From assembly GCF_037042905.1 (NCBI RefSeq), contig NC_087245.1, positions 26,414,001-26,478,000 of the forward strand: a DNA stretch of 64,000 nt, in the 5' to 3' direction. The stretch is from Lytechinus pictus. Taxonomy: Eukaryota. A program made the position numbers and the translations under genes. Under the pieces are notes generated by a model. That model made no database searches. It was given only the letters and a program-made list of their open reading frames with translations, and was not told where the DNA came from. Below are positions 52,454-63,635 of this stretch, piece by piece. Within the stretch, counting starts at the first letter, position 1, and each line of letters opens with the position of its first letter.

Positions 52454-54945
52454 ATATCAATGATGATCCACATGGCGATGAACCAGATGATCCACAGGGT
52501 GATGATCCAGATGACCCAGAAGGCGATGATCCAGATGATCCACATGGCGATGAACCAGATGATCCACATGGCGATGAACGAGATGACCCACAGGGCGATG
52601 ACCCAGAAGGCGATGATCCACATGGCGATGAACCAGATGATCCACAGGGCGATGAACCAGATGATCCACAGGGCAATGATCAAGATGATCCACAGCGCCA
52701 AGATCCAGATGAAGAAGATGACCAAGATATATTTGATGAAGGTTTGAACTCTCCACTGTTTCATGGTTCAGGTACTTCAAAGGCCGAAGCCCTGCTGATA
52801 ATTTTGTCATTTGCGATGAAGAATTGTTTGTCAGCTACTGCTTTACGTAATTTACTTGAGCTCTTGAATACAATAATTGGATCATGTATTTTCAAACCAA
52901 CAAAGTCTATCCTTCAACAACTCTTTTGTAATAATGCTATTCAGCTTAGCTTTCATTTTTATTGTTTAATTTGTTCCAGTTATGTTCGCTCTTTTGCCAG
53001 TGTCTCTGATGAAAACGTTGCATGTCCCAATTGTGATCAACAATGCATAGTATCTGACCTCAGTCAAGGTAATTTTTTTGTTACAGCAAACTTGTCTTCA
53101 CAAATCAAGCAACTTTTTGAAAGGAAAGACATATCACCACATTTATTTTATCGTGACCGCCGCACAAAGCAAACAGAGGGTAATATTGAGGACATATTTG
53201 ATGGTACAATGTATAAGAAGATGATGGAAGAAGGTGAACCACTAAGTAATAGAAACAACTTTTCATATACGTTTAATAGTGATGGCTTACCAGCATTTAA
53301 ATCATCAAAGTATTCAATTTGGCCAATCTACATAATGGTAAATGAGCTGCCCCCTAAACTTAGATTTAATAATTTGATTCTCGCTGGGGTGTGGGTTGGA
53401 AAGGTAGACCCAAAGATGGAAGTTTTTCTGAAGCAGTTCACATTAGAGGCAAACAAACTAGCTGACGAAGGAGTTTTCTGGAAACTTGGAGACAATGTTA
53501 TACATAGCAAACTTTTTGGGTTATGTTGTTGTGCAGATGCACCAGCTAGAGCCGCTATGCAGAATAGAATCAAGTTTAATGGATACAGTGGATGTGGTTT
53601 GTGCTACCATCCTGGGAAAACAGTTGATAGGGTTGTAAAGTATCCATTCGATGTTTGCGATTATAGTGACCGCACTGATAATGAAATGCTAGAAGACATG
53701 GTTCAGGCAGGAACAGAGGGTAGGACTGTTAGAGGCGTTAAAGGGCCTAGTGCCCTTATAAATCTGTCCCATTTTCCCATATGCTGGGGCTTTGCACCCG
53801 ACTTCATGCATTGTTTGCTGCTTGGTGTTGCGAGACAATTGGTAGAACTGTGGTTGTCTTCGCCAGCAGTTAGTGAATGGTATATTGGAACTCCTCGGGT
53901 TATTGCATTGCTTGACAAAAGACTGAAATCATTGAGGCCACCTAGCATCATTGTGAGAGCCCCTAGGCGTATTTCAGAGAGGAAGTTTTGGAAGGCATCA
54001 GAATGGTATGCTTGGTTATTGTTTTATTCTGTTCCTTGTCTGAAAGGCGTACTTCCTCTCCAATATTGGCAACACCTTGTAGTTCTTGTTGAGGCCTCTT
54101 TCATTTTGTTGCAGAAGTCCATATCGATTGATGACATCAATAAATGTGACATTCTTCTATTTTCATTTGTATGTAGATTCCAATTATTGTATGGTGCAGC
54201 TGCCATGACTTTTAATGTTCATTCTTTGACACATTTGGCTAAAGGTGTCTATCAATGGGGGCCATTATGGACACACTCTTGCTTCCCATTTGAAGCAGCC
54301 AATTGGCGCGTCAAACGTCAACTGCATGGAACTCGAGGTGTGCTCATGCAAGTCATTACTAAATTTCTCACAATCCATACTTTGCCATTTTTTATTGATA
54401 GTCACAATATTTCTCACCGTGTTAAAACATTTGCAGGAAATATGCTGAATATTCAAATTCGAGGAACTGGGGAGGAACCCAATGTTCAAGCGTTAGGCTG
54501 TGGCAGATCTAAGTTTTGTACTGAAGAAGAGAGAATGGCTCTATCAGCTGCAGGCTACATAATTGAGGAAAATGAGCCAATTATATCCTTCAAAAGAATA
54601 AAGAAAGATGGTGTCCTTTTCTACACAGCTTCATACAGGGCGCAGACAATGACTCGAGACAATAGATTTATTTTAGTTTCAAATGATAGAGTTTGTGAGC
54701 TCCAAGATATTTTATATTTGAATGACCAGTATGTGTTCCTTGTAAATTTATTAGTTCTGGAAGAAGACGCATCTTTAAAAGATGATACCACAGACACTAA
54801 GTTGTCACATGTCTTGCTTTGCACAGGTCAGTCCGAGTTACCAATGGCTATTTCTGCTGCAGAGGCATTCGGGAATTGTCTCTCAATGAAGTTTGATGAT
54901 GTGCACTATATTGCTGTTTTTCCTAATCATGTATCGATCAATTGA
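52454..54945 (+). CDS. CACTA/EnSpm (CMC, Transposase_21-like) DDE transposase, main exon
   Basis: Uninterrupted ~830 codons after a TTTAG acceptor. Motifs: CxxC...CxxC zinc finger (CLIC, CPNC), FNSDGLPAFKSS...WP...NELPP, ADAPARA...NGYSGCGLC, DFMHCLLLGV, KASEW, HSLTHL...GPLWTHSCFPFE. Confidence 0.92.
52460..52715 (+). repeat. Coding 24-bp minisatellite (DDP[H/Q/E]GDEP)n in the transposase
   Basis: About 10 copies of GATGATCCACATGGCGATGAACCA variants, frame preserved. Confidence 0.9.
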
Positions 54946-54963
54946 CCTGACTTATGTCTTTAA

Positions 54964-55542
54964 AGGTCAAGTCCACCCCAGAAAAAAGTTGATTTGAATA
55001 AATAGAGAAAAATCAAACAAGAATAATGCTGAACACTTCATCAAATTCGGATGGAAAATAAGAAAGTTATGACATTTTAAAGAATCGCTTATTTTTCACA
55101 AAACAGTTCTATGCTCAACTCAGTGATATGCAAATGAGAGAGTCGATGATGACACTCATTATTTATTTTGTTTTTTATTGTTTGAATTATACATTATTTC
55201 ATTTTTTACGGATTTGACAATTATGACCATCTTGTTTGAACCACAAACTTTTGAAACAATCGAATTCCACATGATCAGGGAGGAATAAAACCTTTTCTGC
55301 ATGACAATTAGGAGAAAATTCAAATAAAATACAAAAGAAATAGTGAGTGAGTGATGTCATCAGTCTCCTCATTTGCATACCGACCAGGATGTGCATATAA
55401 CTGTTTTGCGAAAAATAAGCGAAAATTTAAAATGCCATAACTTTCTTATTTTACATTAGATTTTATGAAATTTTCGATGTTATGCTCGTTGGATTTTTCT
55501 CTTTTTATTCAAATCAACTTTCAGTTGAAGTGGGCTCTTCCT
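54964..55542. mobile_element. TTAA-flanked MITE, family A, just after the transposase stop codon
   Basis: TTAA|AGGTCAAGTCCACCCC...GGGCTCTTCCT|TTAA. Homologous to 4575-5176. Confidence 0.8.
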
Positions 55543-55549
55543 TTAAGGC

Positions 55550-56005
55550 AGTTTGGAACTGAATATTGGTGATGGAAAAAAGCAGAAGTTACAGGTTTTA
55601 CCAAATTTTCCCTAAAAATATGGTTACCATGGCAATCGATGTCTCTACCCACTCCAAAATCATTAGGCGGCTTTGCTTTACCATATTGGTCCTTCATGCC
55701 ACATTTGAAGATGATCGGAGAAGAAATGTAGCTGGAAGAGCGCTCACAAGGATATCTCTGCTATTTCCACAAAATATCTTGCTACCATGGCAACGATGTC
55801 TCCGCCCACACCAAAATCGATAGGCTTCTTTACTAACCATAATGGACTTTCATGCCACATTTGAAGATGATCGGAGAAGAAATGCATCTGGTAGAGCGCT
55901 CACACGAAAATCTCTGCGGCGGATGCGGCAACGGCGGCGGCGCGTCGAGGCCAAATCCATAGTAATCCATTGTATCCCCGAACAGAGTTCAGAAGATACA
56001 ATTAA
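55550..56005. mobile_element. Helentron-associated (HINE-like) repeat fragment
   Basis: Two ~158-bp internal repeats (CCATGGCAA...CATGCCACATTTGAAGATGATCGGAGAAGAAATG), a (GGC)n tract and a terminal hairpin TGTATC...GATACA. Confidence 0.5.
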
Positions 56006-59000
56006 TCTTCTTTCTCACTTTATGAGATGAAATTAGACTATAGACAGCCTTAAGTTGAACCCGAACCTATGCCTGAACCATAATAGCTTGATTTTTCAAT
56101 GGAAATGTAATATTAAGTTTATTTACATCATAGTAGAAACTTGCTTCTTTGGTGAATATTTTCTGTCTCCTGTTATAATAAACATTGATGACAAAAACAT
56201 TCAGTCCCAAAATGTTACATTATACATGGGATTTTGGTGTAAAACCGCATACAACCAGCATGGATATAATGAGACTTCTCTCCCGTATTTTCAGTGACCC
56301 CACAACAACAAAATTTAATTTGTCATGAGCATGAATTAGGTGATCTGCCCTGATTTTAATGATCATTGTCATTATCACCATGTCCATGTGGATCAATATG
56401 GATAAAAAATGGAGGTGACCTACATCACCTACCGAAATCTCAGCTACAACATATTCACAGCTCCGCATAAAAATGGACAAGAAATAGTGGAGATATTGCT
56501 CGCGAAATAGAGGAGTGTAGAATCCAATTTTGGGAAAAAGTAATCTCCCAGAGATTACACGCATTATGAGCAAAAATGCATGCCTCTATAAATTGTTACT
56601 TTCCACTGTATCCAGCTTTGTGCTATATTTGATATTTATTATAATTTGGTAGATCAGTGTCCATTTCTCTTTACTCTGCCTGTAGTGGATAAATGGGACC
56701 ATTCCACTTTGATATTATCATGCATTTGAGGACTCCTTTGGCTCTCTTTCCCCTATTGTGTTTTGTAACTCTGGGGTCTGTTAGGCATTATGGCCTTGTG
56801 ATTGGTATTGTTTGCACTTATTCCACAGATAAGATAATTTACTTGTGAACTATGTAATGTTATAATTGTTGCAGGGACCATTCCTATTATTCTCAAACTG
56901 CAAAAAAAAAAGTTTAATTGCAACAGCTTATCTCCATGGATAGGAATGCCACTCTGATTAAAAAATTATTGTATTCTTGGCAGAATAACATCATACATGT
57001 ACATAAAATCACATAAGTTTATAAATCATGCAATATTATTTTCACGAAATCTCTGAACGATTGGTAATGTGAGTTATACATGTACACTGTGGCTTATCTA
57101 AGCTTTGTTTGTAATTTGTAATATCTTAATGAGTAAAATTATTTTGTGGATTTTCAATGTTTTTACCAGCACATATTTATGTTATATTTTTTTATATGGT
57201 TCACCTTCTACCATCATCTTCTTTTGAGGTTTTGATTTAAATATCTCGCAAAATATTTGTAATTACTAGTTTGACATTTATTAGTAATTTACCAGCAATC
57301 TTCCTTAATTCAGCTCTGTAATCAATTTATTCATCTCTCTTATGATAATCTCTTCAATGTGAGGGTGTATTTTGTTTAACAAATCTATGTAGAAAACAAG
57401 AAGATTATGAATATTTAATTTTGTGTGTGCCGTCACATCCTCTCGTTCATGTTTGCCATCCTTTATACCTTTGGATAATTATTTTATAGATCACTGGTCC
57501 TTAATTAATGTGCATTAGCAGGGTATGAGATATGTAAAAATACGACAGTCAATGGGATAATTACTTTCTACTGACTTTTATTATCTGGAAATTGTACTAT
57601 ACATGTAAACTCAATATCTGTATGTAATGTTTCTTTATTACCATACTCTGTTAATTTGTGTATTAACAGAGACATGCCCTTTTTTATGCTTATTAACAAA
57701 TGTCGCAGTAGAACTGCCATGGTTATCCTTTTTTTGTCACAGAAATGAAAGAAGCAATTTTTTGACAGTTAAAAAGAAATACATTAACATGGGAAATATC
57801 TATCTGGCGGAGGCCAGACTCTTGCCTCATGGAATATGGAACCAGAACATACATGTAAATTGTATGATTTATTTTATATATTTGTTTGTTTAAAAACAGG
57901 GAAGCCGATTCAACGATGTGTTGGTCTCCCATGGTGCCTTATGACAATGTACATAGCATAACATTGCAATTATAACATTCATTTACATAGCAACTTCACA
58001 AGAGAGGCATAAATATTTGTAAGTACATGTGAAAGAATCATAAAGCTAAAGTGGCAAGGAAAGAACATACAATTAGCAGAAAAGTACAATGATTTAAAAA
58101 GCAGATGACGTGAAATTATTAAGGCATGTATTGTTCGAATTTACATTTAGCTAAAATCTTTAAATTTAGAAAGTAAGCTGGAGTTGGAGTTTCTGTTGGT
58201 CATAAAGGTTGGATATTTCAATTTACTTGTGCTTGAATTTCTTGAATCTATTTGTCCCACTTTCTTCTTTTGGGACCCTGCCTATATATTGGATGTCCCC
58301 CTTACTATTCCAGGGGATTTAAAAAAAGGTTTGTCAACCTCACAATGCCTAATTGTCCTCAGGACCCAATTCTGTTTACCTGGCCAACCAAAAGCAAAGA
58401 CATAAAACGAGAAGAAATTGATATCATTTGGACTGAGAAAATAGCTTGTTTTTTTTATTTTTTATATCGAGTTTCCATTGTACTCAACTTAGACCTTGGC
58501 ATGTGAAAGAAAGCTGCATTCCTCTCTGAAAATGTGGAATTGTGGGTTTTCATTGTCAATTCTAAGAATTGAAATATTGCATGATTCAAACAGTAAAAAA
58601 AAAAAAAAAAAAATAGGAAGTGAGGGACATCAACCACTCTCTCATTTGCATATCACTGAGTTGTGCATATGTTTTGTGAAAAAAAAAAAATTAAAGGAAA
58701 ACTCTAAAATGTCATAACTTTCTTATTTTACATCCAATTTGATGGAATATTTCAGAATTATGCTTGTTTGATTTTCTCTATTGATTCAAATCAACCTTTT
58801 TCTGGGGTGGACTTGACCTTTAAACTTCCGTAAACCCAGGGGGTGATTAACTATAACAAAGATCAATATCGTCCATAAAAAGTGAATTCAGAGATTGATA
58901 ATTTAAATATCCATTCAAGCATTTTTTTTGTAGTGGGATAGACAGGTAGTATTCCTTTCAATTATCTGATAGATTAATGTATGCAGAGATGTGAGAGTTC

Positions 59001-59439
59001 AGCCTTTAGGGGGTTTGATTTTCAGCAGCTTTCCTCTGAACAAACATTCAAGCTCTTTCAATTTCATTTTTTTATCAGGATATTTTTGCCAGTCACACTC
59101 CTGCGTATGACCTTGTACCTCGTAACAAAATTTTTTATGTGAAATTTACCAAATATATATACATATATGTATTTTATTACAACTTGTGTAATGTCAAACT
59201 ATTGAATATATATTTATTTTGAGACTTGCGTCATTTACACACACTTTGAGAGACGGAAAAAGGTGAAATGTTGTATTTGTAATTCGAATAGTATGAAATG
59301 AATAAAATTTATTCAAACTACACATTACAATTATTGATATTGGTAATATTTTCTGCTCCACCAACAATCTATTCTGATTTGTTTTATTTGAACGAGATAT
59401 AAATCTTAAGAGACGTCTAACTTGCATTTTTCCCTTCAG

Positions 59440-60075
59440 AGTATCTGATGGTTTTACAAGACCAATAGAGTCTCTGATGGTTTTACAACACCAATAGAGT
59501 CTCTGATGGTTTTACAAGACCAATAGAGTAACTGATGGTTTTACAAGACCAATAGAGTCTCTGATGGTTTTACAAGACCAATAGAGTCTCTGATGGTTTT
59601 ACAAGACCAATAGAGTCTCTGATGGTTTTACAAGACCAATAGAGTCTCTGATGGTTTTATAAGACCAATAGAGTCTCTGATGGTTTTACAAGACCAATAG
59701 AGTCTAGCTCTGATGGTTTTACAAGACCAATAGAGTCTCTGATGGTTTTACAAGACCAATAGAGTCTCTGATGGTTTTATAAGACCAATAGAGTCTCTGA
59801 TGGTTTTACAAGACCAATAGAGTCTCTGATGGTTTTACAACACCAATAGAGTCTCTGATGGTTTTACAACACCAATAGAGTCTCTGATGATTTTACAAGA
59901 CCAATAGAGTCTCTGATGGTTTTATAAGACTAACAGTCTCTAATGGTTTTATAAGACCAACAGAGTCTCTAATGGTTTTATAAGACCAACAGAGTCTCTA
60001 ATGGTTTTATAAGACCACTAGAATCTTTAATGGTTGCATAAGACCAATAGAGTCTCTAATGGTTTTATAAGACCA
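59440..60075. repeat. Right subterminal array: 29-bp units AGAGTCTCTGATGGTTTTACAAGACCAAT
   Basis: About 22 head-to-tail, highly similar copies, degrading into scattered CCAATAG/CTAATGG/CCAACAG motifs up to the right TIR. Confidence 0.95.
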
Positions 60076-61998
60076 TCATAATCTGATGGATCGGGAGAAA
60101 CATACTCTGATGGTTTCTGGTGGTTTTAATGGACCAACAGACTGACATTTTCTAATGGTTTTATCGGACCAATAGAGTCTGATGGTGGTTTTAATGGACC
60201 ATTAGCCCTTGTCCACCAGAAACCAATAGAGTCTGGCTGTATGAGTTGGAGTCTATGGGTCCTGTTGGTTAAACCTGTTGGTCCAGCAAGAGGCTGACCC
60301 ATTCATTCTATTGGTCTCTATTGGAGTACAATGGGAAATCTAATGGTCCATTAGAAACCATTAGAAACCAACAGAAATTTTCTGTTGGTCTCCTGTTGGA
60401 CCCTAATGGAATTTCGACCTGGGGGGCTTATTGTAAAAAGGAGGGTCCTCGGAACGGGGCTTCGGAACTACAACTGTTTGTGAAAACGGGGGTCCTTGGA
60501 ACGGATCGCCAGCGTGTGAGTGCGTATGCATCGATCCCTATGGAACGGGCATGCGTGCATGATGCACTGAGCTAGCGAGGCGGCCTCCGCCGGGTGCGCT
60601 CGCGCAGAGGCGATGGTCGGACAGCGCTCTGCGGCCGCTTTTCACCAAAATTGCAGCTCATTGTAGCAGATCAATGCGACCGGAACGGCGTAACGAAAAA
60701 TGTGCGAAGCTTTGGAGCGGATTTCTTTCTTCTTTTTTCTCGATAAGAAGAAAATGCTATATGCTTTGGAGCGGCTTTCTTTGTTCTTTTTCTCAATAAG
60801 ACAAAAATGCTATGCCTTGGAACGGAAATTTGAGTGTAAAAATGGGGGTCCCCTCCGCGGCACATACCCACTATGCATTATATACTGAGTGCCCCCCCCC
60901 CCCCCGGTAACATATCCACATCTACTCCCGATACGTTTGATAAAACTAAAAAACTGAACACAACTCTATTCCAACAATTAATGAAATCCCTTTTTAGGGT
61001 GTGCAAATCTGGGACATCTGCATATAATCTGTGTTTCGGGGTCCTAACAGCTTGTTCTAAAATGTCTGATTTAGGATTTTTTTTAGTGACATCCCCGCCC
61101 CCCCCCCCCCCCGGGCCCGGCCCCCGATAAGTAGTTCAAAATGACAAAGCGCACTTTAATGCTAATTTCAGGCAATTCAAGATGGCAGCGCCCATAGGTG
61201 AACTTATCACGTTGAGATTTGTTAAACAAATAACAATTGAATTCTGTCCATGGGAGAAAAACGTACGATCTGTTAGGTATGATGAGCGATTAAAACCTAT
61301 ATTTTACTTGATTAGTGAATAGATCTGATCTAACGTCAATGATATTACTTGTATTTAATAAAGGTGTTGTCGCTGTCGCGGTATCGCGATTTATGCAGGG
61401 ACTAGCGCATGTCCCACCCGTAGTGATCGATGCAGGGTATTCTACCCACTCATCCTACCACTCCTGCATTAATTTGTGCGAAAGAACTTGGAGATTTGTG
61501 ACATTTTTGTTATTACATTCAAATTGCATCATGAGTCAATCACAATCATAAAATATGCTGCTGCACATGAACTTTCTGAGTTCATGGCTCATGCTGTAGG
61601 CCTAGATCCAAATGTTAATAATAATGCCATGGTAATGGTTTCATTTTCATGACAATTTTTTCTTGATCTTATTCTTAATTTCTTATTCTTCATGTTCTTG
61701 GAACATGTGGAAAGTGGAATTGAACAAATTTATTGCTCACGACATGACCAATAAATTTGTACAATTCCACTTTCCAAGAATGAAGAATAAGATGAAGAAA
61801 AGGCTATGTCATGAAATTGAAAATGAAATCGTGTCCACTCACACATATTGCGAGGGTAGAATGCTAACCTTGCACTACGAAAGTGATTACACAATGCAAT
61901 GGATTTTTAGTAGTAGGTTATTAACATCGCTTCGTTGTTGACCAAAACTTGTTCCGCTACTCACCGGGGCTCTTTCCAGTGAGTGGCTATCCGTTTTT

Positions 61999-62337
61999 AA
62001 TTTTTATGCCCCCGCAGACAGTCTGGAGGGGGCATTAAGCGTTGCCCCTGTCCGTCCGTCCCTTCACTTGATTTCCGCGCAATAACTCGAAAAATATTTT
62101 TATAGATTTTAAAGATTTTTGGTGTGTAGGTAGATGACACCAAAATACAGGCTAAGTTTGAATTCGGAGTCCGCAGGTCAAAGGTCACAGCTCATTAAAT
62201 ATGCGAGTTGGTTTCCGCATGATAACTTATGAAATATTCAACAGATATTGAAAATGTTTGGGTGTGTAGGTAGATGACACCAAACTACAGGCTAAGTTCG
62301 AATTCGGCGTCCGCAGGTCAAAGCGCACAGCTCATTA
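61999..62337. mobile_element. Helentron-associated (HINE/DINE-like) element interrupted by Tc1
   Basis: T-run, ATGCCCCC...GGGGGCAT hairpin, (CCGT)n tract, then two 141-bp internal repeats, cut at a TA by the Tc1 TIR. Confidence 0.6.
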
Positions 62338-62597
62338 TACACTACTCAAAAAAAGTTAAGGACCACTTTTTAAAACGTACATAAAGATTTTATACAAGGT
62401 GTTTTATTTCTGGAAATACCTCAGTACAACTGTCCTAAATGTCCTTAAACACGCTGTAATCAATTTCACGCATGGGTGGTTTCAGTTGTTGCACAATGTC
62501 TCTCGCATCACTGCACATCCTGAAAAGTGGGCCCCGAGGGGTATCAGCTACCGACATGAAGTGGTAAAAACGAATGTCTGAGTGTCTTTCAGGCAGT

Positions 62598-63635
62598 TCA
62601 GTAACGAGTGTAACGAGTGTGACCACCTCCTGCAGCAATAACGGCTTCACAGCGCTGTCTCATGGAGCTGATGAGGCGATTGATGTCTCTGACGTCCAGT
62701 GCATCCCATGCAGCCTCCAGAGCCACACCCAGCTGCTGCAGTCCAAGTGGATGGGCTTCGAGCTGCTCGAGACTCCTCCCCATCATGTCCCAGACGTGCT
62801 CTATCGGGTTTAAGTCCGGGGACCTCGCTGGCCACTCCATACGCTCAATCCCCTGGCCCTCAAGGAACTCGGTCACCACCCTAGCTCGGTGGGCACGGGC
62901 ATTGTCATCCATGAAAATGATGTTTTGTCCCACATTTTCTGCAAATGGCACCACTATAGGTTCAAGGACCTCATCCCTGTACCTCACTCCTGTCATTGCT
63001 CCCCCTGGGACCACGTAGAGACGAGTACGGTTGGCGTAGGTGATGCCTCCCCACACCATGACGCTGCCTCCCCCATAACGGTCATGTTCTGCAATACAGG
63101 GGTCTGCAAATCTCTCTCCTGGTCGCCTCCAGACTCTCGAACGTCCATCATTGTGGTCAAGGGAAAATCTGCTCTCATCTGTGAACAGAACTCTACGCCA
63201 TTGCTGTCTGGTCCATCTGACATGCTCCCGGGCCCAGTTGAGACGAATTCTTCTGTGAGCAGGGGTGAGTGGGACACACTGAGCTGGCCGTCTGGCATGC
63301 ATATTGGCTCTGTGAAGTTGGTTACAGATTGTTTGAGTGGAAACAATCACTCCAGTTGCTGCAGCGAAGTCATTGTTGAGGCGGCGTGCACTGTGAAAGC
63401 GGTTGCGGAGGCTGAGATTCGTCAAGTAGCGATCATCTCTAGGGGTTGTCGAAACTGGTCGGCCACTGCGGGGTCTCTCGGAGTATAGCCCTGTCTCTCG
63501 GTGTCTTTGATTTGCTCTGCTAATGACACTGTGTGACACGCCCATCATTCTGGCTACTCTTCGCTGACTGAGGCCAGCTTCCAGCATCCCTAGGGCTCTG
63601 GCTACATCTGTTTCACTTAGGTGGTGTCTTGGCAT
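62598..63635 (-). CDS. Tc1-family DD34E transposase, intact, 345 aa
   Basis: ATG at 63635 (MPRHHLS). Paired-like HTH, RSGRP linker, VLFTDESRF, FMDDNARAH, SPDLNPIEHVW with 34 residues between D and E, C-terminal GGHTRY. Confidence 0.95.
   Translation of the reverse strand: MPRHHLSETDVARALGMLEAGLSQRRVARMMGVSHSVISRANQRHRETGLYSERPRSGRPVSTTPRDDRYLTNLSLRNRFHSARRLNNDFAAATGVIVSTQTICNQLHRANMHARRPAQCVPLTPAHRRIRLNWAREHVRWTRQQWRRVLFTDESRFSLDHNDGRSRVWRRPGERFADPCIAEHDRYGGGSVMVWGGITYANRTRLYVVPGGAMTGVRYRDEVLEPIVVPFAENVGQNIIFMDDNARAHRARVVTEFLEGQGIERMEWPARSPDLNPIEHVWDMMGRSLEQLEAHPLGLQQLGVALEAAWDALDVRDINRLISSMRQRCEAVIAAGGGHTRYTRY

Larger units (their letters stand above)
27487..60423. mobile_element. Giant (~32.9 kb) CACTA/EnSpm (CMC)-type DNA transposon carrying a transposase and a BEND5-like gene
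   Basis: 28-bp TIRs with 1 mismatch (CCCAGGACGAAATTCCATTAGGGTCCAA at 27487-27514; TTGGACCCTAATGGAATTTCGACCTGGG at 60396-60423), GG duplication on both sides, subterminal repeat arrays at both ends, CMC-type transposase inside. Confidence 0.9.
27408..60907. mobile_element. Small Mutator-like MITE (~0.56 kb) split in two (27408-27486 and 60424-60907) by the giant CACTA element
   Basis: Termini CCGG(G)nCACTC and GAGTG(C)nCCGG. Perfect 9-bp TSD TAACATATC at 27399-27407 and 60908-60916. The halves rejoin as GGAGCGGGCTTATTG, matching the internal GGARCGG repeats. Confidence 0.85.

Noticed and set aside
52440..52810. Several antisense and alternate-frame ORFs (PCGSSGSS, WIIWFIAM, HLVHRHVD repeats)
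   Set aside because: They are shadows of the 24-bp coding minisatellite in the transposase.
56050..59430. A third cargo gene between the transposase and the right array
   Set aside because: Only short AT-rich ORFs with no consistent splice chain or recognisable motif. The region includes MITE and probable LINE-tail remnants.
59440..60075. 29-bp array (and the 22-bp array at 27515-29110) as a CRISPR array
   Set aside because: Units are head-to-tail with no unique spacers, there are no cas genes, the context is eukaryotic, and both arrays sit directly inside transposon TIRs.
27487..60423. Polinton/Maverick or endogenous virus, given the size
   Set aside because: No DNA polymerase B, integrase, ATPase or capsid ORFs. 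The TSD is 2 bp rather than 6 bp and the transposase is CMC type.
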